Shown here piece after piece: positions 1-10,033 of a stretch of DNA of 64,000 nucleotides. Location: contig JAXMBP010000023.1 of the NCBI GenBank assembly GCA_046349795.1, positions 4,023 to 68,022 of the forward strand, written 5' to 3'. Below the pieces are notes generated by a model. It did no database searches, was not told the origin of the DNA, and was given only the letters and a program-made list of their open reading frames with translations. This DNA comes from Pirellulales bacterium (GTDB lineage Bacteria > Planctomycetota > Planctomycetia > Pirellulales > Pirellulaceae). A program made the position numbers and the translations under genes. Each line of letters opens with the position of its first letter. The first letter of the stretch is position 1.

Positions 1-339
1 GTTGTTCGCATATGGCACGACAACTTTGATCGTCACCGTAGGACTGAAGTTGCTTAGATTTGCCGGTGAAACCTGAATTGTTGCATTCTTGATTTTGAGT
101 GCCGTCAGCTTATTGCGAGTCGCTTGCTCGCATTCAGCGACCGTAGCTCCTGGCAAAATACCAACCCGCGCACCTTCGTAGCAGGCTGCTTCGGCGGTAT
201 TGAGCACCATGTTCGCATGCCCCAGTTCGACAGCACCAAAAACGAGAGCGAATAGAATTGGTGCCGTTAGCGCAAACTCAATAGCTGTTGCTCCTTGACG
301 GAGCTTTGAAACAGGCGATTTTCTTTTGAATGCGTTCAT
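1..339 (-). CDS. TadE/TadG-like pseudopilin, 3' end runs off the window
   Basis: Not in the ORF track. Manual translation from ATG at 339 gives MNAFKRKSPVSKLRQGATAIEFALTAPILFALVFGAVELGHANMVLNTAEAACYEGARVG, with the TadE G-x-x-x-x-E-F-A prepilin motif and the AAxEGAR-type motif. Confidence 0.85.
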   Translation of the reverse strand, partial: MNAFKRKSPVSKLRQGATAIEFALTAPILFALVFGAVELGHANMVLNTAEAACYEGARVGILPGATVAECEQATRNKLTALKIKNATIQVSPANLSNFSPTVTIKVVVPYANN

Positions 340-373
340 CTTCGGAATCCCAAGAAACAAGTTTTAGGCAACA

Positions 374-1435
374 TTAGTTGATCAACACAACCGAAAGGTT
401 CTTGGCTATAGAGCGAAATGCATCTGTTAAATCAGTCCCGTCATTGGCGTGAAAGTGTTGCCCACCTTGAGTGGAGTTTGCAACTGCTTGCATTAGCTGT
501 TCATTGGCATCGGGGCTGAAAGTGATTGTGTGAACCGTAAACCCCGCAGCAACAGCTTGAGAGACGGTGATCAAGGGGCTCGGACCAGTATTGTGTTGTC
601 CGTCTGTCATCACAATCACAGTCTTGACTGCAAAAGGACGGGTCAACGGATCGTTCTTTAGCGAGTTCACGCCCGATTGCAGCCCCAAACCGATGGCTGT
701 AGTTCCAAATGCCTGAAGCTGTGAAACTGAATTTCGAACCGTATTCAGGTTTTGAGTCAATGGCACAACCTCAACACTCCCTGTTGAGTAAACCGATAAC
801 GAGACTTGGACAAGCGGACTGGACCGTCCCAGCTCATCCAAGAATACAGATACGGCTCGCTGTAATGCTTGAAGTCGGGTAACACTGCCCATGGGAATCT
901 CCATTGAACCCGAGACGTCTAGCACGAGCGCTACGTCTCGGACGTTGGCCGCGCTGGTCGCTGATTCGGATGGAGCGAATGTATTCAAGTTGAAGGCTCT
1001 ACCAAAGAACAAAGGAACTGTTCCATCGATCGAACCTGAGTCTCGATGACCGTGAACTCGAACCGCTGCTAGCTGTTTTGAACCGAGCACAAAATCCAGT
1101 TTTGAACCATTCGCCCTAATGCCACCCAGTTCAATATCACCGCTGGAAAGCGTTAGTCCTTTTCCTGCTACAGCATTTTTTGCCGCAAAGTTCTTCGCAG
1201 AAGTAATTGCGTTAGCGGTGCTCTGATTTCTAGCTAGTGTCGAAGCTCCAGCACGCGCAGCCGCATCGGTGGCCGTTCGCAGTTCAGCACGTACGACATG
1301 CATATATGCAATATCGATGCTAAACATCGCTCCGACCAACAGTACGACGAGCGTGATAATGATCAGAACCAGCATGGCTCCCCGACGGGATTTTCGTCCG
1401 ATTCGGGATCGACTACTTTGGTGGAATGAGTTCAT
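374..1435 (-). CDS. TadG-like protein with C-terminal von Willebrand A domain
   Basis: N-terminal RRGAMLVL + TM helix + ATDAAARAGA (Tad motif); vWA MIDAS residues LDVSGSM, T-AIGLGL, MTDG. Confidence 0.9.
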   Translation of the reverse strand: MNSFHQSSRSRIGRKSRRGAMLVLIIITLVVLLVGAMFSIDIAYMHVVRAELRTATDAAARAGASTLARNQSTANAITSAKNFAAKNAVAGKGLTLSSGDIELGGIRANGSKLDFVLGSKQLAAVRVHGHRDSGSIDGTVPLFFGRAFNLNTFAPSESATSAANVRDVALVLDVSGSMEIPMGSVTRLQALQRAVSVFLDELGRSSPLVQVSLSVYSTGSVEVVPLTQNLNTVRNSVSQLQAFGTTAIGLGLQSGVNSLKNDPLTRPFAVKTVIVMTDGQHNTGPSPLITVSQAVAAGFTVHTITFSPDANEQLMQAVANSTQGGQHFHANDGTDLTDAFRSIAKNLSVVLIN

Positions 1436-1438
1436 GGA

Positions 1439-1909
1439 CTAATCCTTCTGCATCGTAGCTGTCACCGCTATGGTTCGATTGTCAAACAGTCCTAACCCGG
1501 TGTAGGTACGTTCTTTGGCGCTGACTTTGATATTCACGGAGACTTCTTGTCCGGGCTTTGCAAGCGAGACATTAGCAGGAGTCAGAGTAATCGTCGCATT
1601 GTTCACGCGACGAGCCTTGAGAATATCTTGTGCTAGAGTTGTTGCATGCGCTGACGTTCCATCGGCTCGGCTGGCATGCTTGGAAGCTTCATAAGCCGCT
1701 TCGACTAGAGCCTGTCGGCAGAAGAGGATATTGGCACCTTCAAGTGCGCCGAAGACCAGAACAACAATCACCGGAAGGCATACGGCTAATTCAACGGCCG
1801 CAGCCGCGCGTCGTAATTCTTGCACACAATCGGTCGCAAATCTTCGTTTGGTCGACTGTCGCTTTGGGGAGCTAACCGACATTTTCGCGGTCTCACTTTG
1901 GTGAATCAT
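1439..1909 (-). CDS. TadE-like pseudopilin
   Basis: RRAAAAVELAVCLPVIVVLVFGALE...EAAYEASK, a TadE family pattern. Confidence 0.85.
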   Translation of the reverse strand: MIHQSETAKMSVSSPKRQSTKRRFATDCVQELRRAAAAVELAVCLPVIVVLVFGALEGANILFCRQALVEAAYEASKHASRADGTSAHATTLAQDILKARRVNNATITLTPANVSLAKPGQEVSVNIKVSAKERTYTGLGLFDNRTIAVTATMQKD

Positions 1910-2379
1910 GACGGTTGCGATTTGGATGTGCTTTGTTTTTGAGCCTGCACGAGCGAATTCGACTCTGTTGATTCGGAGTCCAAGCGATCGGCAACGCGAT
2001 TGAAGTCTTCAGCCAACTCGCCCCAGAAATCGCCTTTCCGGAAGTTCAATTTTTCGACTGGCTGGCCGCTCGCGAGCGATGAAAGCCCTTGCTTCAATCG
2101 GCTAACAGGGCCAGCGAATCGATGGCTCATTTTCACGGTGTCATAGAGAAAAGCTGGCATGATGGCAACCATCAGAACCAACAGCAGAGCATTCTTTTGA
2201 AGTGATATGAGCAGTGTTTGAGCGAAGCTAACACCTGGCTCACGAAGAAACAGCTCCAACGTAAATACTATGCAAAAGAAAAGCACTATAAACGACACCC
2301 AGTGAAGCGTCACTCGCCTTACTAGCGACAACTGAACGCGATTGTCGATCAATAACTTGCCACGATTATCGTTGGACAT
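1906..2379 (-). CDS. Two-TM membrane protein with HAMP-like segment
   Basis: Two hydrophobic helices followed by SHRFAGPVSRL...FRKGDFWGELAEDFN. Its stop overlaps the TadE start by 4 nt. Confidence 0.7.
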   Translation of the reverse strand: MSNDNRGKLLIDNRVQLSLVRRVTLHWVSFIVLFFCIVFTLELFLREPGVSFAQTLLISLQKNALLLVLMVAIMPAFLYDTVKMSHRFAGPVSRLKQGLSSLASGQPVEKLNFRKGDFWGELAEDFNRVADRLDSESTESNSLVQAQKQSTSKSQPS

Positions 2380-2653
2380 TTTCTTGGACTCTCAACCACG
2401 GAAAACTTGAGGCTCATGCAAGATGAGCGGTATTTCGGAGCGTGGAACTCTAGGTCTTACTTTTGGGCGAGCAAATCACTGAGAGTGGGTTCCACGACAT
2501 CTAGGTGGGTTGAATTGTCCAACTGTGCGCGATTTAACGATTTGTCCAATCTTCGCGGATTCCAAGCAACACACCCAACAGAGCGGCAACAATGGCCCAA
2601 ATCGCTACAATGCTCATTTTCCATCAGTCGTCCGCTAGCCTCAGGTACTTCAA

Positions 2654-4059
2654 ATGCGTTTCCTTAACCGGACCTTCCAGAAATTCGGTATTGCATGCTT
2701 GATAACATCTAATCAGTACATTCACATGTACAGCGATGACTGGAATCGCTTTCGAGGTCCTAACGGTCTTCGTTCAATTTGAACGAAGTTGAGCGAATGC
2801 GGCAAGTCGATACGCTGGGTGATAGAGCTTGTCGCTTTTGGATCAAGCTCTCCCATCGTTCATGATGGCAAAGCTTGATATTAACCGTTCAAAGGTGAAG
2901 AGCGTACCGTTCACTTGTCTAAACCTTGCTGACGGAAACGAAGTTTGAATCGGCTGAAAACCGCGCGGCGAGACTGCAACGCCTCCCAATAGCCCAGCGA
3001 CCTGCGGATTTTTTGCGCGATGACAGCGTGTACTGGCATTCTTTCAGACGCTGACTAGTTGCTCTTACGCTGATGGAAAAATGATATGGCAAAAGGACTT
3101 GGGGCTTATTTAGAGCAGTATGCATGGCATCAGTGCTGTCCGGTCTTGTATCAAGACATGGTGTACCTATCGATCGATCAATTGGCGACCTGCATATCGT
3201 AGCTATCGATGCCAAAACCGGTGCTGAAAAGTGGCGAACAGAACGGCTTCTCGGAGTCACTGGTGGATACTCAACTCCGACACTACTTAACGTTGAGTCA
3301 AAGGTCTATCTTCTTAGCGCATCGCCTGGCGAATTGGTCGCTTACGATATCCAATCGGGCCAACGAGCAGCTTCGATTGAAGGTCTCGCCAATGCACCAG
3401 TGGCAACGCCGGTCGTCGTTGGTGACAAAGTGTACTACAACGAGCCGCCAGGAGAGCCCATTCCAATGGCAGCACTGGGTAATGCCGACAAGAATAAAGA
3501 TGGTGTAATCGAGGCTAGTGAAGTAGCCGGTTCTGTTGGCGCTAGTCGTTTGATTAAGCGAATCGATGAAGGCTTTGGCAACAAAGATGGCGCTGTTAGC
3601 GAAGCAGAATGGGATAAGGCCTTTGGAACATTCCTCAACAAAGGTGGCATGTCTTGCATCCAATTCAAACACGAAGGTAATCAATTGGTCGGCAAGGTAG
3701 AATGGAAGTACACAAAGTCGGTTCCCTATATTCCATCAGTGCTAGTTACTGATGAAACAGCATATCTGATCAATGATGGAGGTATTCTGCTGGCCTTTGA
3801 TCGACAAAGTGGAGAACTGGTACAACGAGGCCGAGTGGGCGAAGCTGCTGGACAGTACTACGCATCTCCCGTGGCTGGCGGTAACAAGCTCGTGCTGGCA
3901 AGCTTAGATGGTAAGTTAACACAGGTTCAGTTAGGCAAGAAGTTTGAAATCAAAGAAACGTTCTCATTGGATGAACCAATAGTTGCTACTCCAACGATTC
4001 ATAACGGACTGCTGTATGTCCGGTCTGAAAAGCACTTAATCTGCTTTGGCGATTCGTAG
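2654..4059 (+). CDS. PQQ-binding-like beta-propeller (BamB-like) protein; 5' third broken by indels, start approximate
   Basis: ORF 3124-4059 has propeller repeats (GGYSTP, VATPVV, YYASPV, IVATPTI). Upstream fragments read DDWNRFRGPNG and GSSSPIVHDG in shifting frames. Confidence 0.8.
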
Positions 4060-4112
4060 CATTAAATCTTGTCCTCGCATTTGTTGTTTCACACGAGGAT
4101 GAAAGCTGCAAC

Positions 4113-4673
4113 TTAGCTAAACTTCGAAAGTCCTGACTCGGTTCGCTTGCGATTTAGGACTTCAAGGGCTGGAGGATAGGTTCTCAATAGCTTGTTCAAT
4201 TGAGAACTTGACGTTGCAAACCGCTCAGCTAAATCACTTGGGCTCCAACTGTGTGCCAATAGATCGTCCAGCACTCCCGCGATGACTGCAGGGAAATCTT
4301 GATGATCCTGTGCAACGAGAATTCTTCCTTTTTTTACTCGATTGCTCCAGTGAAAGTCAGTTCGGCAGTCTGATAGTTCACATGGCTTATCGACTGTTTC
4401 TGCAGGAACTTTTTCCAGTCGTATCTGAACGGCAAGATTCAAACGCATTCGGTGGATAGCCTCCTCGCGATTGGCTGCTTGGCTTCTACGTTCGCTTGCC
4501 CGTCCAGTGATTCCTGTAGGCAGGTGTTTGATGACGACCGCAGTTTCAACTTTGTTGCGGTGCTGGCCTCCCGGACCGGATCTACGTCCAGTTTGAATCT
4601 GGCACTGTTGAAGCAACTGTTCGATTGGCAATGCTGCAGGGTGAATTGCTCGATCAGCCTTTCTTGAGGACAA
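4113..4673 (-). CDS. Peptide chain release factor-like (RF-1 domain, GGQ) protein
   Basis: RRSGPGGQHRNKVETAV...HLPTGI...ERRSQAANREEA. The ORF-track start (4745) overlaps the tRNA, so a downstream TTG at 4673 is more plausible. Confidence 0.8.
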   Translation of the reverse strand: MSSRKADRAIHPAALPIEQLLQQCQIQTGRRSGPGGQHRNKVETAVVIKHLPTGITGRASERRSQAANREEAIHRMRLNLAVQIRLEKVPAETVDKPCELSDCRTDFHWSNRVKKGRILVAQDHQDFPAVIAGVLDDLLAHSWSPSDLAERFATSSSQLNKLLRTYPPALEVLNRKRTESGLSKFS

Positions 4674-4682
4674 CGAGGCTAG

Positions 4683-4716
4683 AAAAAAAAGCGGGCATCG
4701 TAACGCCCGCTTTTTT
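4683..4716. terminator. Intrinsic terminator hairpin downstream of tRNA-Leu, potentially bidirectional
   Basis: A8-GCGGGC-atcgtaac-GCCCGC-T6. Confidence 0.8.
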
Positions 4717-4718
4717 AG

Positions 4719-4802
4719 TGCCCAGGACTGGATTTGAACCAGCAAGGGGTTGCCCCCACAACGACCTCAACGTTGCGCGTCTGCCAATTTCGCCACCTGG
4801 GC
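4719..4802 (-). tRNA. tRNA-Leu (anticodon GAG), CCA not encoded
   Basis: Reverse complement GCCCAGGTGGCGAAATTGGCAGACGCGCAACGTT-GAG-GTCGTTGTGGGGGCAACCCCTTGCTGGTTCAAATCCAGTCCTGGGCA: acceptor stem GCCCAGG/CCTGGGC, long variable arm, T-loop TTCAAAT. Confidence 0.95.
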
Positions 4803-4928
4803 AGCTTTTTGCAAAAACAACTAAGCGTCCGATTGTGACGCAAAGTCAATTTTTGCTTGACAGAATCGGCGATGCGAGGAACAATCCCCGCTCACCATTG
4901 AGCTAAAAACTATAGATTGCGGTCCCGG

Positions 4929-7900
4929 TTAGTCAAGCCCTACACTGGCATTGCCAATCGCGTCTCCATCCATGTTTGGGCCCGCAACCGAGGTGTTGAA
5001 AGCTGAACTGCCCCCAACCCATTGGCCAATCTGATCCAGACCTTCGTTGGAATAGGGCCGGAACTTTTGTTCGTGCCCAGTCGCCTCATCGTAAAGCAAC
5101 ATGACGTGATCGCCCAGTTTTGAAGCAGCCACCGAATCGACCAAGTTTGAAGAATCGTTCGCGCTCATTTGCATCAATAGCCGGATCTCGAACTCTCGAA
5201 CCGCATTGCGAGAAAGCCAGCGATTCACTGTCGAATAACTTTCGGCCCAGGCCAAAACATGAATGTTATGGCTCGGTCCATCGCGGAGAATCTCTTCCAA
5301 CATCTTGTCGGGAGTTGCACCGGAGGAGTTGAAGCTAAACTCGTCTTCACGCCGCAGAGATCGAAGTCGTCCAAGTTGTACGATATCTAGCAAGATACGA
5401 TCCATGTTTTCGCTCTCACTCGATATTCGTTGCTGCAAAACTTGATGAACCTGTGCCAGGCCTTCATCGATAGTTCGCAGATCGAACACAGATGTCTCGC
5501 AAGGAAGTTGTTGCCAGCGACTTGGTAATTGCAAAGCTCTTGCGTCAGTCGGCTTGGCTCCCTGCAAACTGATAACTCGGCACTGCTCGCCTTTGCTGAT
5601 GATCGCCTTTACGAATGAACTGGTAATCGAGTGCAATGTTGCCGCAGCCATCGCGTCTTCGCCTCCGACCAACAGCATGTTGCGTCCAGCTTGATTGATC
5701 AGTGGAAACACAACTGCGGGGCTAATTGAAACGCTCTCGCCACAGACACACCAAATGGCGTCGGGGTTCACTTCTTGTCGAGCCCGACTGATCGCCATAT
5801 CTGCCTGAGCTGGTTCCCAAGTTGCCGGACGGTTGCCATCAAAAACTACGGTCCGTCCCAAGCGATTCGTGGTAGCATCTCGGTTCTGGTATCCTGAAGG
5901 CAAGCTTTTAAACCAACTTACTTGCGTTGCTTTATCAAGCCAACCAATCTGCATTGGCTGATTACCTTCGATTCGCCCTCCAGCATCGTTGTAAACGGCT
6001 TGGCCTGGATACTTCAGTCGAGTTGCAGCAGGATTGTCGTCGGCGAAGATAACTTGTGCATCGGAAGGGTCGCATTGCAAAGCGATTCGCACCGCCATCT
6101 GTCCAAGCGTTGTTCGTGGCAGCGAATAAGAACCAACCAAAGTTTGGCTGCTCAAAATCGCATGCACTCCAAACGAACGACCCTGTCGAACAATTCGATC
6201 AAGAATTAAGCTTGCTGCCTGGCTCAACTTGTCGTCTTCGACAAACAGTTCTTGAAACTCGTCGACGACGACTAACATTCTTGGAATCGAGTTTTCAGGA
6301 TGAACAGCGTTCCAACTCGCAATATCTTGCACTCCTGCTTTTCGGAACATTTCCCCACGACGTTGCAAGCAGTCATCTACATACTCAAGAGCACTTAAGC
6401 CGAACTCACGATGTCTTTCAATACCAAGGATGTCAGCTTGGGGAATATTCGCGTCGCTATAAACTTGAAACTCTACCCTTTCTTGAAGTCTAGCAGAACC
6501 AGTCGCAGGTTCTCGGGCGAGTACTTCATCAAGGCGCTAGTAATCAGCGCGTGCAACAAGCTCGACTTACCAGAGCCTGTCTTCCCAGCGATGATCGCAT
6601 GTTGTGCTGTTCCTACGCCCAACTTCATGGAATGAACTCGATCAACTCCGCCTCATCCAATTGGAATTTCCAAGGAACGAGAACTGTCTCCCCGCCAGCG
6701 GGTGTCTTCGGTAGTGCCAACCATATTGCCAAGTGGAACTTCAACTCGACTTGCGGCCAATGCTCGGCGGCCAATCTCGCCCACAATGAAATCGGCTTGA
6801 GCATCTGAGGCCGTGACTTCGGGCTGAATCTTGACAGTGCCAATATGAGTCGAGTTGAGTTCGAACTGCCCACCCGTCGACAGCTTAACGTGCAGGCCTC
6901 GCCGGTCCACGATGTCTTGATGTTCGCGAACCATTTGCGCGCCCGGATCGATGATCAATATTGGAATGATTCCACATCGTGCTCCTGTATCGAGCAAACT
7001 TTGCAATGCCTTCCATGATTGCTCATCCATGCCGCTCGGGAAACTTGACCAAACCAGGATTCGGTACGGTTCAGCCAGCGATCCAGCATCGCGATTGTAC
7101 TCAGCTATATTGGCGTATTGATTGCGCAGCGATTGTTGTATGAAGTCCTCTGCGCTTGAAGCAAGATTCTGAAGTTGACGAGCGATATGTGGAGCTTGAG
7201 TCCAAACGCGATGACTCACCAGCGCTGGATCAAAATCGCTAAGGTGCATCAGCCAGCCAAAGTCGCGGCCAAGTCCTGGTGGATCAACGATGCACAGTTG
7301 TGTTTTGCCGCTGGGAAGCGTTGTTAAAGCTCGCACCAGTAGACTGCGTATCAGATCTTTGACGGCAGTGCTGGACGGATCGGCCTTGATCACAAGATAG
7401 CCATCCTGCAATGGCGAAAACAAAACGGGTGTTTGCATCGGCTCAAGAGTCAATCCACCTGCTGGATCAGCCTTGATACAATTGTTGACATCCAGCACTC
7501 CCAATGGCAAGTTTGGATTGCTCGCCAAGCTCGGCCATTCGACTTGCGGGTTTTCGAGTTGACTCCAGTTTGGAAAGTTCTGGATGCACCAACTGTTATT
7601 GCGCTGCACCAACTGAATTGCTTTTTGCGTAGAGACCTGCAGGCGATGAGCGCCCCCGCGAAGCAATTGTTCAATCTGAGCCTCAGTCTCCGCTTTCGCA
7701 GAAGATAACTTGCTACTTGCCAACTGGCGAGCATTCATGGCGACAATTTGATCTCGATCCAGGCGAGTCTCAAACTGTTGATTCGTTTCGGCTAGCCCAG
7801 ATGCCAACCTCGCGGCTGCTGACTCCTTCTCCTCTTGAGCCTTCGCGCGCAGGGCGGCTAGAGTCGAATCTGCCTTGGCTTTAATTTCATTGACCTGAGT

Positions 7901-8872
7901 TTCATGCCATGCAGTCAGACTGTCTAATCGTTCCCCTCGCTTCTGAGCTAGTCGTTGCAACTCTGCATCGTTTTCACTCACCGACAGTTCGTGGCTAGCC
8001 TTGAGGTATTTCCCAGCCAGCTCAAGCAAGCCTCGCAATTTGGGATACTCGGCGGCCGCTCCCTTCTTGAGCCAGGGGCGAACACCAAGCATGGCTGCAA
8101 GTACTACAAACGTAACAGCAGATGCACCGATGACCAATGAGATCATCAATTGTTGTCCCATCACAATAGGGATGCTAATGCCAGCTCCCAATACAACAAG
8201 GCAAACTAACCACCACCAAATGGATCCCGAGAGATTTGATAGCGGCAAATTCTCCAGTCGCTTTACATTCTGCTGAGCGGCAACGACCGCAACTTTAGAT
8301 TGTTCTAAGGCTTGCTGTGAATCTCGACTGTGATCCGGCTGTCGAGATTCAACTTTGTCCGGTACGTGCAAGCTGTGTTTGTCGAGAGCTGCTTGAGCAT
8401 CCATCTGCAGCTTGTCGATCATTCTTTTTACCGTTTCGAGCTGCAAACGGAACTGTTCTAACTTGTGATTCGTTGTCTCAACAGCGTGAGTATATCGTTT
8501 TTCGATCTCGCCCACTCGGTTCTTAGCTTCGTTGTTTACCTGCTCAGTATCGTTACGAGCGGTTGTGATTATTGCCCGCTCACGAGCTTTGGTTTCAAAA
8601 ATGGCTTTGAATGTTCTAACTTCAGAATCGTCCCAACAGCGGTTAACATCCTCATCCCAGTGTGTATTAACTTCATCGGCTTGGGTTTTGTTTTCCTCAT
8701 CTAACTTCAGCAAGTCTTGCTCGTGCTGAGCCTCCAAGTCCTTAATTTTCGCTCGCAGCTTTTCCAATTCGGCAGCCATAAGCTGTGAGCTGCTGCTCAT
8801 GCGAATCTGCAAACCAGCTACTAATTGCTCCAGCCTTCTGCGAGGCAGCAGTCGAGGGTCGGTTTGAATCAT
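4929..8872 (-). CDS. FtsK/SpoIIIE-family ATPase (EccC/EssC-like), ~1310 aa; interrupted by an in-frame TGA (6653-6655) and a 1-nt shift at a G-run (~6476-6478)
   Basis: ORF 6653-8872 carries coiled coil, 2 TM and a degenerate ATPase fold. It continues in frame past TGA into HAIIAGKTGSGKS (Walker A)...LLDFKKG, then after +1 G into VEFQVY... and ORF 4929-6368 (VVVDEFQELF Walker B, RQGRSFGVHAILSSQT). Confidence 0.88.
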
Positions 8873-8901
8873 GTTGAGGTCTCGCTATTCGAGTCGGTGT
8901 A

Positions 8902-9144
8902 TCAGTAGCGATCAGGATCTTGCAACTGCTTGGCTATGTTTTCGAAATCCTCTATGGCCACAGAGAGTTCTGAAACTAACTGGTTGAGCTGTGGACCCAC
9001 ATTGGAAGTGTTTTGTTGTAGGAATGAACGTCCCACATCATCTTTCCAAATCTCAGCGATCTCTCCAAGGCTGAACTCGAACTCATCTCCCAGCTTGGCG
9101 ATGCGTTGAGTAATACCGGCCAGATCGTGATTGATTCGTTGCAT
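8902..9144 (-). CDS. WXG100-like small helical protein (central W-K-D)
   Basis: 80 aa, predicted helix-turn-helix hairpin with central EIWKDDVGRSF, directly upstream of the FtsK gene. Confidence 0.65.
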   Translation of the reverse strand: MQRINHDLAGITQRIAKLGDEFEFSLGEIAEIWKDDVGRSFLQQNTSNVGPQLNQLVSELSVAIEDFENIAKQLQDPDRY

Positions 9145-9164
9145 ACTAAATTGTCCACAAGTGT

Positions 9165-9767
9165 TTAGGGTCGAAATTTGTCTGATTTGTCTTCGGATAT
9201 CTGCGTATTATTTCCAGAATCCTGCTCCATAAGTTCTATGGGCACAGCATTGGTCGTGTCCGCGGCAGGTTCTTGAGAAAACGCACCACTGGCCACACGA
9301 CGATAGTCTTCCAGGTTTTCGAGAATTCTCTGAAGTTTGTTGATGGCAACCTGTAGTTCCGATTCTGCCAAATCGCGTCCGCGTTGTAATTTGGTTCGAA
9401 CTTTGGCCTTTCGAGATTCCCAATGCTGTCGCGCTGCTTGAGCAATCTGCATCTTGTTTTCGCAGAGCTGCGTGCGTTCTTTGGCTTTTGCAACCATCTT
9501 CTTTTCTTCGGTGCATGGCTTGCGTTCATCTTCGCGGACGTAAGACATACACCGCGATAATTGCTGCGAGTACTCTGACAGTTTTCGGCGAACCTGTTGG
9601 TACTCGTGTTCCCAGTAGCGGGTAGCATCTACTTCGATAAAGTTGGTCAGTCGTCGCAGCTCCAATTCCAGAGCTTCAAGCTCCTTCATTAGGCTTGTAC
9701 GGAATGCCTTGAGCTGTACAAAAAACTGCTCGAGAGCTTCGACGGAAAGTACTTTTGCGTTACTCAT
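9165..9767 (-). CDS. Coiled-coil protein, WXG100-like/T7SS-associated
   Basis: N-terminus NAKVLSVEALEQF resembles WXG100 starts; long heptad helices; 4-nt overlap with the upstream WXG100 gene. Confidence 0.6.
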   Translation of the reverse strand: MSNAKVLSVEALEQFFVQLKAFRTSLMKELEALELELRRLTNFIEVDATRYWEHEYQQVRRKLSEYSQQLSRCMSYVREDERKPCTEEKKMVAKAKERTQLCENKMQIAQAARQHWESRKAKVRTKLQRGRDLAESELQVAINKLQRILENLEDYRRVASGAFSQEPAADTTNAVPIELMEQDSGNNTQISEDKSDKFRP

Positions 9768-10033
9768 CGTTGTAGATACTGATCGATAATTTCGGCTTTC
9801 TTGACCAAGTATGGTACGTGTCTCTCAGAAATATCCAGTAGTTTTTGAACCAGCTTGACCTGTTCGTCAAACTCTTCGCTGAACTTCCTCTGCTCCTGAT
9901 CTCGCCAAGATTCATTGAGTCTGGCTTGAGCCTGCGAAAGAGCCGCAGTCGATTCACGAATGGTCTGTGTGTACCGCTGAAGCATCGCAGCAAAGTGACG
10001 AAGCTGTTCAGGATCTACAATCGCTTGTGGCAT
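9764..10033 (-). CDS. WXG100 family (ESAT-6/EsxA-like) protein, 89 aa
   Basis: MPQAIVDPEQLRHFAAML...LNESWRDQEQRKF: the VDPEQL start and central W-x-D variant are typical of WXG100. ATG at 10033 is the more likely start. Confidence 0.85.
   Translation of the reverse strand: MPQAIVDPEQLRHFAAMLQRYTQTIRESTAALSQAQARLNESWRDQEQRKFSEEFDEQVKLVQKLLDISERHVPYLVKKAEIIDQYLQR

Noticed and set aside
6653-6655. Selenocysteine or programmed readthrough at the in-frame TGA of the FtsK-like gene
   Set aside because: Not a Cys-type catalytic position, no evident SECIS hairpin, and a second lesion lies 175 nt away in an error-prone assembly.
4719-10033. Integrative element at tRNA-Leu carrying the FtsK gene
   Set aside because: No integrase or relaxase, no duplicated tRNA 3' end seen, the cluster lies on the tRNA's 5' side, and its composition looks like the core genome.
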